A stretch of 64,000 nt of DNA from Candidatus Latescibacterota bacterium (lineage in GTDB: Bacteria; Latescibacterota; UBA2968), in contig OZ242320.1 of assembly GCA_965208125.1 (NCBI GenBank), positions 1,568,001-1,632,000 on the forward strand. Direction: 5' to 3'. Both the position numbers and the translations under genes were made by a program. Of the stretch, positions 49,071-58,307 are shown one piece after another; the first letter of the stretch is position 1, and every line of letters begins with the position of its first letter. Under the pieces are notes generated by a model. The model had not been told where the DNA came from. It saw only the letters and a list, made by a program, of their open reading frames with translations, and searched no databases.

Positions 49071-49325
49071 TTAATCATCCAAATCCTTATGCCTCCCACC
49101 CGCTTGCACAAGGGCTTTATCTGTCAACGGTTCTTCCGGCTCTCTTCCCTGTTCCTTGCAAAACGCAAAATACTCCTCAATTGACTTCTGCATCTCTTCC
49201 CTCACTTCCGCTACGGATGATCCATAGAACGTGATCACGTCATTGATATTGATCACCGTTCCGTGAAATGCGTCAATCTCAGGATCAAACACAATATCCG
49301 CGAGATAACCTTTGTATTCAATCAT
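49071..49325 (-). CDS. hicB: HicB-family antitoxin, C-terminal DNA-binding part apparently lost
   Basis: EYKGY...FHG.V..INDVITFYG.SV.E...Y.AFCKEQGREPEEP, then divergent. Confidence 0.8.
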   Translation of the reverse strand: MIEYKGYLADIVFDPEIDAFHGTVININDVITFYGSSVAEVREEMQKSIEEYFAFCKEQGREPEEPLTDKALVQAGGRHKDLDD

Positions 49326-49576
49326 GGCATAACCCCCGCATTTTCAAGAAATCTTCGCAGATCTCTTACTGCACCCTTATCCATATTTGGACTCGGATGT
49401 GGGCGATGAAAAACAGCAACTCTATCATTAAGCGACACAGCAACTCTCGATTCCGCACGTTCACTGAGGACTGCTCCCAAGGTCTTCAACAAGGCTTCAA
49501 CATCTCGCCATTTGATATTGCCCGATATAGGATGTGCAAAGATCGCATTAAATGTTCTCCAGTGACGTTTATTCAT
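49322..49576 (-). CDS. hicA: HicA-family toxin
   Basis: AIFAHP..NIKWRDVEALL..LGA..SRV...FHRPHP....KGAV. Confidence 0.88.
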   Translation of the reverse strand: MNKRHWRTFNAIFAHPISGNIKWRDVEALLKTLGAVLSERAESRVAVSLNDRVAVFHRPHPSPNMDKGAVRDLRRFLENAGVMP

Positions 49577-49826
49577 ATTCCCTGACCCAAACTACCCTGT
49601 TTCCAACAGTCCTCACATTGTTTACTCTAACCAGCTTCCCAAAGCATACTCAGAAATGTGTATTCTTTCAAGTGCTTTTCTGATTGTGCGTTCAAATTTC
49701 CGGCTTTTGAGACCAGAGGCGCGACGGATACTTGAAGAACCGTGTTTGCGCTTGACGAGTGCATGGAAGGCACGTAGATTTTGCTGTGCCATGCATCGTA
49801 TTGAAAAACCATCACAAGGAGCAAAA

Positions 49827-51341
49827 ATGGCCGATGTCAAATCCACATATCAGAAATTGATTGCAGAAATAAAACAAATTGCCCTATTGGGATCCTGCGC
49901 CGGTGTATTGGGCTGGGACAAACAGACCTACATGCCCAAAGGCGGAGCCGGGCATCGCGCCGAGCAACTCGCATTGCTCACCGGTATGATACACGAACGC
50001 GCAACCGCCCCTCAAATTGGCGACTATCTCGCAGAAATAGAAAACAGCGATCTAATATCCGACCCACGCTCCGAGACCGCAGTCAACATACGAGAACTTC
50101 GCCGGGGCTACGATCGATCTATCAAACTGCCTCGAACCCTCGTCGAAGAACTCGCCCGCGTAGCCACCATCTCGCAGCAAGCCTGGCGAGAAGCCCGAGA
50201 AAAATCGGATTACGCCCTGTTTCAACCCCACCTCACAAAGATCCTCGATCTAAAACATCAACAAGTAAATGCGCTGAACACGGGCGAAACCTCTTACGAC
50301 ACCCTATTAGACGACTATGAACCCGGCGAAACCACTGAAAACCTGACCCGGGTCTTCTCGGGCTTGCGCGACGAACTTGTCGAACTCGTGGGTGCAATCG
50401 CCGAATCCGGCAAAAAATCCGACGAAAATATCCTCACGCGCGCGTATCCCATAGAACAACAAGAAGAATTTGGAAAAACCGCAGCCGCGCAAATCGGCTT
50501 CAACTTTGACAACGGGCGTTTAGACATCACCACACATCCGTTTTGCAGCGGTATTGGACCGGGCGACACGCGCCTGACCACGCGTTATAACACACACTTC
50601 TTTTCAGAATCATTTTTCAGCATCATGCACGAAGCGGGCCACGGCATATACGACCAGGGATTAAACGATGAACATTACGGCACACCCATGGGAGGATCTG
50701 TATCCCTGGGCATACACGAATCGCAATCCCGCATGTGGGAAAACTTCGTCGGCCGCAGTGAGGCATTTTGGACACACTTCTACCCCAAAGTGCAAGCCGC
50801 ATTCCCAGACGCACTAAGTGACGTATCCGAACGCGACTTCTACGCAGCAATCAACGCCGTCGCCCCCTCATTTATTCGCGTAGAAGCCGACGAAGCCACG
50901 TACAATTTGCACATCATGCTGCGCTTTGAAATCGAACAAGCGCTCATCAACGGCGGACTAAAAGCCGAAGACGTCCCCGGCGTATGGAACGAAACATTTG
51001 AAAAATATCTGGGACTAACACCCCCGGACGATGCTCTGGGGTGTTTGCAAGACATACACTGGAGCGGAGGCGGGATAGGGTACTTTCCAACCTATGCCCT
51101 GGGCAACTTGTACGCCGCGCAATTCTTTGAACAAGCGCGCCAGGAAGTGGGCGATCTAAATGCACAATTTTCCGAAGGCGTATTTGACCCCCTGAAAAAC
51201 TGGCTAACCGAAAAAATCTACTCGCAGGGCAAGCGCTACCGCGCAAATGAACTCATCGAAGTCGTAACTGGAAAACCCCTGAGCCATGAACCCTTAATGC
51301 GGCATCTGAAGGCAAAGTACGAACCGTTATACGGGATTTAG
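49827..51341 (+). CDS. Carboxypeptidase Taq (M32)
   Basis: HPF, HEAGH, HESQ, IRVEADE, QDIHW, GYFPTY; AGGAG RBS before MADVKS. Confidence 0.96.
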   Translation: MADVKSTYQKLIAEIKQIALLGSCAGVLGWDKQTYMPKGGAGHRAEQLALLTGMIHERATAPQIGDYLAEIENSDLISDPRSETAVNIRELRRGYDRSIKLPRTLVEELARVATISQQAWREAREKSDYALFQPHLTKILDLKHQQVNALNTGETSYDTLLDDYEPGETTENLTRVFSGLRDELVELVGAIAESGKKSDENILTRAYPIEQQEEFGKTAAAQIGFNFDNGRLDITTHPFCSGIGPGDTRLTTRYNTHFFSESFFSIMHEAGHGIYDQGLNDEHYGTPMGGSVSLGIHESQSRMWENFVGRSEAFWTHFYPKVQAAFPDALSDVSERDFYAAINAVAPSFIRVEADEATYNLHIMLRFEIEQALINGGLKAEDVPGVWNETFEKYLGLTPPDDALGCLQDIHWSGGGIGYFPTYALGNLYAAQFFEQARQEVGDLNAQFSEGVFDPLKNWLTEKIYSQGKRYRANELIEVVTGKPLSHEPLMRHLKAKYEPLYGI

Positions 51342-51345
51342 CGAT

Positions 51346-52287
51346 ATGGCGACCACACAACCCATAATTTTAGACACCGACCCCGGCGTGGATGACGCGC
51401 TGGCCATCATGCTCGCCCTGCGATCCCCCGAACTCGACGTAATGGGCATCTGCACAGTAAGCGGCAACGTCCCTCTCAACACCGGCACGCGCAACGCACA
51501 GGGACTATTACAACTCTTAGAACGCACAGAAATACCCGTCTTTGCGGGTGCAGACCAGCCCTTAAAACGCGACCCCGTATTTGCCACCGAAGTCCATGGC
51601 GAAAGCGGCATGGGACAAGCCGTATTGCCAGAACCATTTCAAAAAATAAAAGGCAACGCCGTCGATTTCCTCGTACAAACCCTATCCGAACAACCGGGCG
51701 AAATCACAATAATAGCCGTCGGGCCCCTGACAAATCTGGCACTGGCTGAACAGCGCCAGCCGGACATACTCCAAAAGGCCAGACAGGTAATCGTAATGGG
51801 CGGAGCCATTGCAGAAACGGGCAACTCAACACCCGTAGCAGAATTCAACTTTTACGCCGACCCCCACGCTGCACAAATAGTCGTACATTCGGGCGCAACA
51901 CTCCTGATCGTACCATTAGATGCAACGCGTCAGGTCGTATTATCCGAAACGGATATCGAAAACCAAATCGCACCCCTGAAAACAGTCGCATCTCAATTCG
52001 TCGTCGATGCCGTCCAAAACGTATTCGCACTCTATCGACAACTCGGACGCGAGCCAATCGTGTACCTGCACGACCCACTCGCCGTAGGCGCGGCTATCGC
52101 ACCCGAACTCCTCCGCTCAGAAACCCTGTACATCGACATAGAAACATCGGGCGACCTCACCCTGGGCCAGGTCGTCACAGACCGCCGAGGCCTACCCCCG
52201 CCCTATCGTCTTGGAAAACCCGTCAACTGCGCAATGCACGTCAATGCCGAAGCGTTTTTGTCTCTATTCCTGACGCGAATTTTTTAA
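51346..52287 (+). CDS. Nucleoside hydrolase
   Basis: DTDPGVDDA, GPLTNLA, AEFN..DP, HDP. Confidence 0.95.
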   Translation: MATTQPIILDTDPGVDDALAIMLALRSPELDVMGICTVSGNVPLNTGTRNAQGLLQLLERTEIPVFAGADQPLKRDPVFATEVHGESGMGQAVLPEPFQKIKGNAVDFLVQTLSEQPGEITIIAVGPLTNLALAEQRQPDILQKARQVIVMGGAIAETGNSTPVAEFNFYADPHAAQIVVHSGATLLIVPLDATRQVVLSETDIENQIAPLKTVASQFVVDAVQNVFALYRQLGREPIVYLHDPLAVGAAIAPELLRSETLYIDIETSGDLTLGQVVTDRRGLPPPYRLGKPVNCAMHVNAEAFLSLFLTRIF

Positions 52288-52291
52288 ATAC

Positions 52292-53257
52292 CTACGGCCT
52301 CTTCCGCAACCTCAGATAGCTCTCGTAGCGCGGAAGCGCGATCTCGCCATCATCCACAGCCATCCTCACCGCGCAATTGGGTTCGTGGACATGCGAGCAA
52401 TCGCGAAAGCGGCACCCGCCCAGATACGGGTGCAAATCTCGAAAAAGCACGGGAATATTCTCGGGACTTATATCGTACAGATAAAACTCCCGAACACCGG
52501 GCATATCCCCGACAAAACCCCCCTTGTCGAGCGCGACCAATTCCGTATGTGTCGTCGTATGTATCCCCTCGCCCGTAGCTTTACTAACGGGACCTGTACG
52601 CAATTGCAACCCGGGTTGCAACCAGTTGAGCAAACTCGACTTCCCAACGCCAGAAGCCCCCATAAAAAGGGTAATTTTCCCGCGCAGAAGATCGTAAAAC
52701 GCCTCTTTACCCGCATCGGAAATAATACTGGTATAAACCATGGGATATCCCATTGCTCTGTAAGGACGCATAACCCGATCTGCCCAGGCCTCATCGGCGA
52801 GATCGAGCTTATTGAGACAGAGTGACGCGGGTATCTGCTGCCACTCTGCAATACCCAGCATGCGATCCAGCAAATGCCAGTCCGGGTCAGGCTCACCCGC
52901 AGACACAATAGGGACAACCTGATCGATATTGGCAGCCAAAAGTTGCTCCCTATAAGACCCGCCAGACGCGCGCCGAGAAACCTTATTGCTGCGGGGACAC
53001 ACCTCGCGAATCATACCCCTATCATCTGCACCCTCGGAAAAAACCACGCGGTCTCCAACCGCAACCGGATCAATCACCCGCACCTTTCTCACCGACTGCA
53101 CGCGGCGGCGGCGCGAACCCGGCGCAGCTTCGGGATATTCGAGCTGTTTCCGCAAACGAGTCGAAAGCGCGCACATCACCACGCGATCGGCAGTCTGGAC
53201 GACATAATGGCCGAGATGATGGCGGATAACAGTACCTTCATTGGCAGATTTGGACAT
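52292..53257 (-). CDS. rsgA: Ribosome small subunit-dependent GTPase A
   Basis: NKLD, GASGVGKSS, HTTT, DMPG, CRFRDCSHVHEPNC. Confidence 0.93.
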   Translation of the reverse strand: MSKSANEGTVIRHHLGHYVVQTADRVVMCALSTRLRKQLEYPEAAPGSRRRRVQSVRKVRVIDPVAVGDRVVFSEGADDRGMIREVCPRSNKVSRRASGGSYREQLLAANIDQVVPIVSAGEPDPDWHLLDRMLGIAEWQQIPASLCLNKLDLADEAWADRVMRPYRAMGYPMVYTSIISDAGKEAFYDLLRGKITLFMGASGVGKSSLLNWLQPGLQLRTGPVSKATGEGIHTTTHTELVALDKGGFVGDMPGVREFYLYDISPENIPVLFRDLHPYLGGCRFRDCSHVHEPNCAVRMAVDDGEIALPRYESYLRLRKRP

Positions 53258-53412
53258 ATCTATTCAGAGCCTTCCCTCTGTAATGGACATCCCTAAATAA
53301 CGCTCGCCAGATGTAATTGTCAAGTGCTGCCGTCCTTGTAAACGGGTTGACTTTTAGTGGGGTTTTCTTCATATTTCCCCGACATTTACAGGCTTACAAA
53401 AAAGGGGAAATA

Positions 53413-54162
53413 ATGAAACGCGACCTCAGCCCATTTTTGTCCAACTGGGATTTTGATCCCACCGATATTTGTGTACGCAAAATTCAGGGCCTGGACGGAC
53501 GGGAAAAATTGCAAGTACGCGTAGATCTGGGCGTAATGCAAATGGAGTTAAATGATCGGCCTGACGGAATGCGTCCGCACGGCCATTTTTCATTGCTCGA
53601 ATACTATTTAGACCAGCTCGAAATTGAACAAGCGCAATCTGGCACAGATGAAAATTTTTATCTCGACAGAGATGCGTGCATCGAATTGAGTCAAGAGGGG
53701 CTGTTATTTTATCATCGCTATGTCTGTTTGATGCGCCTGGGCGATTTTGAATCAGTCGTGCGCGACACCGCCCACAATCTGGCACTTCTGGATCTCGTGC
53801 GGGCTTATGCCGAAGAAGAAGAAGACCGAAAAATATTTGAACACTATCGGCCTTATGTACTCATGATTCACATCCGTGCGCGGGGTGAAATTTGTTTGCA
53901 GAAAGGCGATCATTCCGGCGCTCTGAATCACATTGAAGAAGGAATCGACAAAATTCAAACATGTGTGGTAAATTCCGGCATTGAAGCAGACGAAGAGATC
54001 GAAGCCCTTTCGGAATGGGCCGAAGAAATAGAACGCAACCGTCCAATCACCTTACAACAAAAACTGGCACAAAAACTCCAAAAAGCCATTGCCGAAGAGC
54101 GGTATGAACAAGCGGCTCGGTTGAGAGACAGGCTCAGTTCTCTAAAAAAAAACAACTTGTGA
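53413..54162 (+). CDS. UvrB/UvrC-motif-containing conserved protein
   Basis: LQVRVDLGVMQME..RPDG.RPHG; C-terminal AIAEERYEQAARLRD. Confidence 0.85.
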   Translation: MKRDLSPFLSNWDFDPTDICVRKIQGLDGREKLQVRVDLGVMQMELNDRPDGMRPHGHFSLLEYYLDQLEIEQAQSGTDENFYLDRDACIELSQEGLLFYHRYVCLMRLGDFESVVRDTAHNLALLDLVRAYAEEEEDRKIFEHYRPYVLMIHIRARGEICLQKGDHSGALNHIEEGIDKIQTCVVNSGIEADEEIEALSEWAEEIERNRPITLQQKLAQKLQKAIAEERYEQAARLRDRLSSLKKNNL

Positions 54163-54261
54163 AAACTGTAACCTGAACATCACAACACAAAAATCCTGAT
54201 TCTAAACACCGGTGTGCTTCTGAATCGGGATTTTTTGTATAAACGGATTAATAAAGGCCCA

Positions 54262-55491
54262 ATGGGATATGAATGGATCATAATCAGACGACACCTCTTC
54301 AGCGTTGGTCGTCGCCTGGGATTAACCACAATCATTGCCATCATAGGTGTCGGGCTGGGGGTTGGGGCACTCGTCATCACCCTATCGGTAATGAATGGCT
54401 ATGCAGACATGATTTTTGACCGCCAGGTAGGCATCAATCCCCATATAACCGTGCGGCGCCCATATAGCGAACGCATCGAAAATTACGCACCCATTGTCCA
54501 ATTGCTCGAAAAACACCCGGAAGTGGTCGGTGCCAATCCCGTCATAGAAACAGAAGGTTATATATTGAGCAGAGTTAAAGATGTAGGACCTGTCACATCG
54601 GGCGTCTTGGTGCGGGGCGTAGATGGCATTGTGAAAAGCAGCGACATCGCCCATCACATAACCGAAGGAAAAATGGAATTAACCCGCATCGAAGGCAACA
54701 CCTTTGGAATCGTAATAGGCAAAACACTTGCCGAAAAATTAGGTGCCTCCGCAGGATCAAAAATTCGCCTATTGGTCGCTCCCAAAGACCTGACCAACAT
54801 ACCCCCTCTTCGCCAATACGTGATAACCGGCATTTTTGAAACGGGATTTTACGAATTTGACGCCTCACTAATCTATGTACCCCTCGACGCAGTACAACGG
54901 GACTTAAAATGGGGCGATCTGGCGACCGGCATTCAAGTGCGCCTCGTCGATGCATTCGAGGCCGATCGCGTCAGCGTTGAATTGCGAGAGACATTGGCGG
55001 CGACGTATTCCGACTTATTCCCCACATCGTGGATGTATGCCCAGGGCAATCTGTACGCGTGGATCTGGTTGCAAAAATGGGCGAGTTTTGTAGTCTTGAG
55101 CCTGATCGTAGTCGTCGCGGGATTCAACATCATCAGCATACTAACCATGGCCGTTAATGAGCGCAGACGCGAAATTGGCATCTTGAAAGCAATGGGAGCA
55201 GCACCTAAAAGCATCGCCCAAATTTTTTCTCGAGAAGGTCTAATAATCGGAGCGAGCGGCGTGTTATTCGGCAACATACTGGGCGGGGGCCTGTGCTGGA
55301 TACAAAAGGTCTATGCACCCATATCTCTTTCCGGCGATGTCTATTTCATCAACGCCCTGCCCGTAACCATAAACATATCGGACTTCGCGATGACCTCGGC
55401 ACTGGCATTATTGCTATGCCTCGTATTTGCCCGCTGGCCAGCAAAACGAGCGGCAACTCTGGACCCCGTAGAAGCGATCAGATATGAATAA
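54262..55491 (+). CDS. LolC/E-family lipoprotein-releasing ABC permease
   Basis: LSVMNG, VAGFNIIS, EIGILKAMG, DPVEAIRYE. Confidence 0.92.
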   Translation: MGYEWIIIRRHLFSVGRRLGLTTIIAIIGVGLGVGALVITLSVMNGYADMIFDRQVGINPHITVRRPYSERIENYAPIVQLLEKHPEVVGANPVIETEGYILSRVKDVGPVTSGVLVRGVDGIVKSSDIAHHITEGKMELTRIEGNTFGIVIGKTLAEKLGASAGSKIRLLVAPKDLTNIPPLRQYVITGIFETGFYEFDASLIYVPLDAVQRDLKWGDLATGIQVRLVDAFEADRVSVELRETLAATYSDLFPTSWMYAQGNLYAWIWLQKWASFVVLSLIVVVAGFNIISILTMAVNERRREIGILKAMGAAPKSIAQIFSREGLIIGASGVLFGNILGGGLCWIQKVYAPISLSGDVYFINALPVTINISDFAMTSALALLLCLVFARWPAKRAATLDPVEAIRYE

Positions 55492-56755
55492 GACCTACGA
55501 ATACTTCATCGCGCGGCGATTCATGCGCGCCATGCGCCGGCAGCGTCAGATATCGTTAACCGCGGCCATTGCTATTGCAGGCGTAACCATTGGGGTTGCT
55601 GCCCTCGTCATTGTCCTATCCGTTTTCAACGGCTTTTCGTCACTATTGTGGGACAGCCTGTTGAGCGTAAGTCCGCATATCGTCGTGCAAAAACCCCATG
55701 CACAGCCCATGTCGCCCAACGGGGAGCAAATCGAACATTTGGAAAAACAGACCTCTGTACGCGCAGCAGCACCTTTTGTATCAACCGAGGGATTCGCGCT
55801 TCGGCGACCACCCGGCGGCGAAATGATCCAGGCTGGCGTAGCCGTGCGGGGAATAGACGCCGCACAATTGGCAAAAATTACAGACCTGAATGCGTATTTA
55901 TGGGCAGGCGACCTCGACCTGAACATTCAACCACCCGACCCCGATCAGGACGCGCGCGCCACCAGACGCGCCAAAGTATATGGCACGGCCATTGGCCGTG
56001 TACTCGCAGACCGGCTCGGCGCAGTAATCGGCACCGAAATCATGCTGGGATTGGTACCCAGAGAAGTCTTAATGGGACAACAACCGCAATTGTGGCCCTA
56101 CAAAGTAACCGCCATCTTTCACACGGGCCTGGACGAACTCGACTCTGCACTCGCATTTGTATCGCTTGAAGCGGCACAACGCGACCTGGGATGGCGCGAC
56201 CAGGTCTCGGGCATCCAGATTCGGCTCGCCGAGCCATTTGAAGCACACCGCATCGCACCCACCCTTGCCACGGGAACAGATTTTGACGTCATAACCTGGA
56301 TGGACACACACCGCAACTTATATGCGTCCATTCGCCTGGAAAAATGGTTTAGCTCTCTGGTACTATGTCTAATCGTAATGGTAGCTGGATTCAACATCAT
56401 CAGCATCTTGACCATGACAGTAGGCGACAGACAGCGCGACATCGGCATATTAAAAGCAATGGGAGCAACACCGCGTTCAATTGGCAAAATCTTCACACTC
56501 AAGGGCCTGGGCGTTGGCCTGACGGGCGTCGTTTTTGGCAATGCAATTGGCTATCTCCTGTGCTGGTCGCAACAAACCTTTGAATGGATCAAACTCCCCG
56601 GTCAAATTTACATCATCCAGGCGTTGCCCGTAAAAATGCTCGCCATTGATTTTGCATACATATCTATCGCATCTGTGGGGTTATGCTTTGTATTCGCCCT
56701 CTTACCCTCCCGCAAAGCTGCCTCACTCGCACCCGTCGTGGCATTGAGGGAATAG
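55484..56755 (+). CDS. LolC/E-family ABC permease, second subunit
   Basis: LSVFNGF, LEK, VAGFNIIS, DIGILKAMG. Confidence 0.92.
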   Translation: MNKTYEYFIARRFMRAMRRQRQISLTAAIAIAGVTIGVAALVIVLSVFNGFSSLLWDSLLSVSPHIVVQKPHAQPMSPNGEQIEHLEKQTSVRAAAPFVSTEGFALRRPPGGEMIQAGVAVRGIDAAQLAKITDLNAYLWAGDLDLNIQPPDPDQDARATRRAKVYGTAIGRVLADRLGAVIGTEIMLGLVPREVLMGQQPQLWPYKVTAIFHTGLDELDSALAFVSLEAAQRDLGWRDQVSGIQIRLAEPFEAHRIAPTLATGTDFDVITWMDTHRNLYASIRLEKWFSSLVLCLIVMVAGFNIISILTMTVGDRQRDIGILKAMGATPRSIGKIFTLKGLGVGLTGVVFGNAIGYLLCWSQQTFEWIKLPGQIYIIQALPVKMLAIDFAYISIASVGLCFVFALLPSRKAASLAPVVALRE

Positions 56756-56776
56756 AGGGATTTTCTATGGTCATTC

Positions 56777-56851
56777 GGGACGGCACAGGGGCCGTCCCCT
56801 ACGATAATATGTTATCGGGTTTTTGTAGGGGCGGTGCCCCCGTGCCCGCCC
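56777..56851. repeat. Inverted pair of GTAG-family REPs
   Basis: Same arms as the 29190 and 45320 copies. Confidence 0.85.
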
Positions 56852-56873
56852 GCTTATACGATAAAATAACACC

Positions 56874-57329
56874 ATGCAAAAACTAAATTTCCCAACCTCA
56901 TCCACATTTGACATCGCAAGCCGCGACGGAAGCGAAATGATCTTAGACCTCCTCCGTCAAAAATACGTGGTATTAACCCCTGAAGAATGGGTGCGCCAGA
57001 ATTTTGTGCGATACTTGATCGAAGGGTTGGGCTATCCGCAGGGGCGCACCGCAATCGAAACGGGATTTGTATTTCAGGGCATGCAGTGTCGCGCCGATGT
57101 ACTCGTATATGACACAACGGGAAAAGCACTGTTAATGGCAGAATGCAAAGCCCCTGAAATAAAAATCACCCAACAGGTCTTTGATCAGATTGGGCGATAC
57201 AACACAGTCGTACAGGCCACCTACCTCACAGTGACAAATGGCCTGCAGCATTATTGCTGTATGATCGATCGAAAAAACAACGCATATCGTTTCATAAACA
57301 CACTGCCGCGATACGAAGACATCGCGTAA
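56874..57329 (+). CDS. Stand-alone HsdR N-terminal-domain protein
   Basis: LTPEEWVRQ, RAD, ECKAP, QIGRYN, TNG. Confidence 0.88.
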   Translation: MQKLNFPTSSTFDIASRDGSEMILDLLRQKYVVLTPEEWVRQNFVRYLIEGLGYPQGRTAIETGFVFQGMQCRADVLVYDTTGKALLMAECKAPEIKITQQVFDQIGRYNTVVQATYLTVTNGLQHYCCMIDRKNNAYRFINTLPRYEDIA

Positions 57330-57345
57330 AATCGGAGGCAGGTGG

Positions 57346-58074
57346 TTATTCCGCTTCCATAACTTCTGAATCCAGTTGATACCAGAACACCTCACCGGAT
57401 TCAACGAGACCCTGTATCCGGTCATCTCGGCGCAAGCCCACAACAGCGGAAAATGCCTGCTTACCGGTAAACCTGGTCATGAACTCGGCATTTCGGAGGG
57501 CGCGGCTGGTGTCCCGTCCATTGGCGGTAAAGGAGATTTCCACAGCAATGTAGCAGGAAGTACCATTCTGGTCCGTGGCCTCTATAATCAGATCGGCGCG
57601 GCGGAAGCTTCTCAACTCATTTGTTGGAATGCCAGACGTGTCGGCACCGTTAATCAACTCCCACAGATCAAATTCGGTGAGGTCTTTGACCCACCGAAAG
57701 CCCATCTCACTGGCTATGAAGGGCGTCTCCCGAAGCGCGGCACTCCGTGCGTGGGCACCTTTGAGTATGCCGACATCATCCTGAATAGATGCCACTCTAT
57801 TTTCGAGCGCATCAAAGCGCCGGTTCGTAGCCTCGACGAACCTGTGCATCTCTGCAACAAAGCTATTCATCTCTGCAACAAAGCTATTCATCTCTGCAAC
57901 AAAGCTATTCATCTCTGCAACAAAGCTATTCATCTCTGCGACGAATTGGTTGAACCTTTCAGGCAACTCAATCAGTTCCCTCGTCAGCAACCGGGCACGC
58001 AGAGCATCGGCCCACTCGGGATGGTCGTCTATGATGCGAATAAGGTCTTCTATTGTATGAATCGTGGTGTTCAC
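57346..58074 (-). CDS. Coiled-coil heptad-repeat protein with PD-(D/E)XK-like C-terminus
   Basis: HPEW...LLTRELIELP, (AEMNSFV)n, ADLII...YIAVEISFT...RA..NA. Confidence 0.8.
   Translation of the reverse strand: MNTTIHTIEDLIRIIDDHPEWADALRARLLTRELIELPERFNQFVAEMNSFVAEMNSFVAEMNSFVAEMNSFVAEMHRFVEATNRRFDALENRVASIQDDVGILKGAHARSAALRETPFIASEMGFRWVKDLTEFDLWELINGADTSGIPTNELRSFRRADLIIEATDQNGTSCYIAVEISFTANGRDTSRALRNAEFMTRFTGKQAFSAVVGLRRDDRIQGLVESGEVFWYQLDSEVMEAE
57847..57939. repeat. Perfect 21-bp tandem repeat, about 4.4 copies
   Basis: CATCTCTGCAACAAAGCTATT x4 plus CATCTCTGC. Confidence 0.95.
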
Positions 58075-58250
58075 TGGTTTTCCTCAATGGCCGTTTTATT
58101 CATTGCCTAATCAGTGGGATTGGGAAAATAACTTGCCTGACCAAATCAATATATGGAAATTGTGCATACAGGGCAATATAGCGGCTGTAAATTTTGTGAG
58201 ATGGCCATTCAAAAAAGGATCAGGATGAGCAGGATACCCGGACGCAAAAG

Positions 58251-58285
58251 AGAATGCCCCAGCATTTTCAATGCTGGGGCATTCT
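58251..58285 (-). terminator. Intrinsic terminator
   Basis: 16-bp stem AGAATGCCCCAGCATT / AATGCTGGGGCATTCT downstream of 58308. Confidence 0.8.
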
Positions 58286-58307
58286 TATCAAACACCGCCA
58301 CCACTTC

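Noticed and set aside
56874-57329. Type I restriction-modification system
   Set aside because: Only a stand-alone HsdR N-terminal domain; no hsdM, hsdS or helicase
57847-57939. 21-bp repeats as a CRISPR array
   Set aside because: No spacers, in-frame coding repeats, and no cas genes in the window
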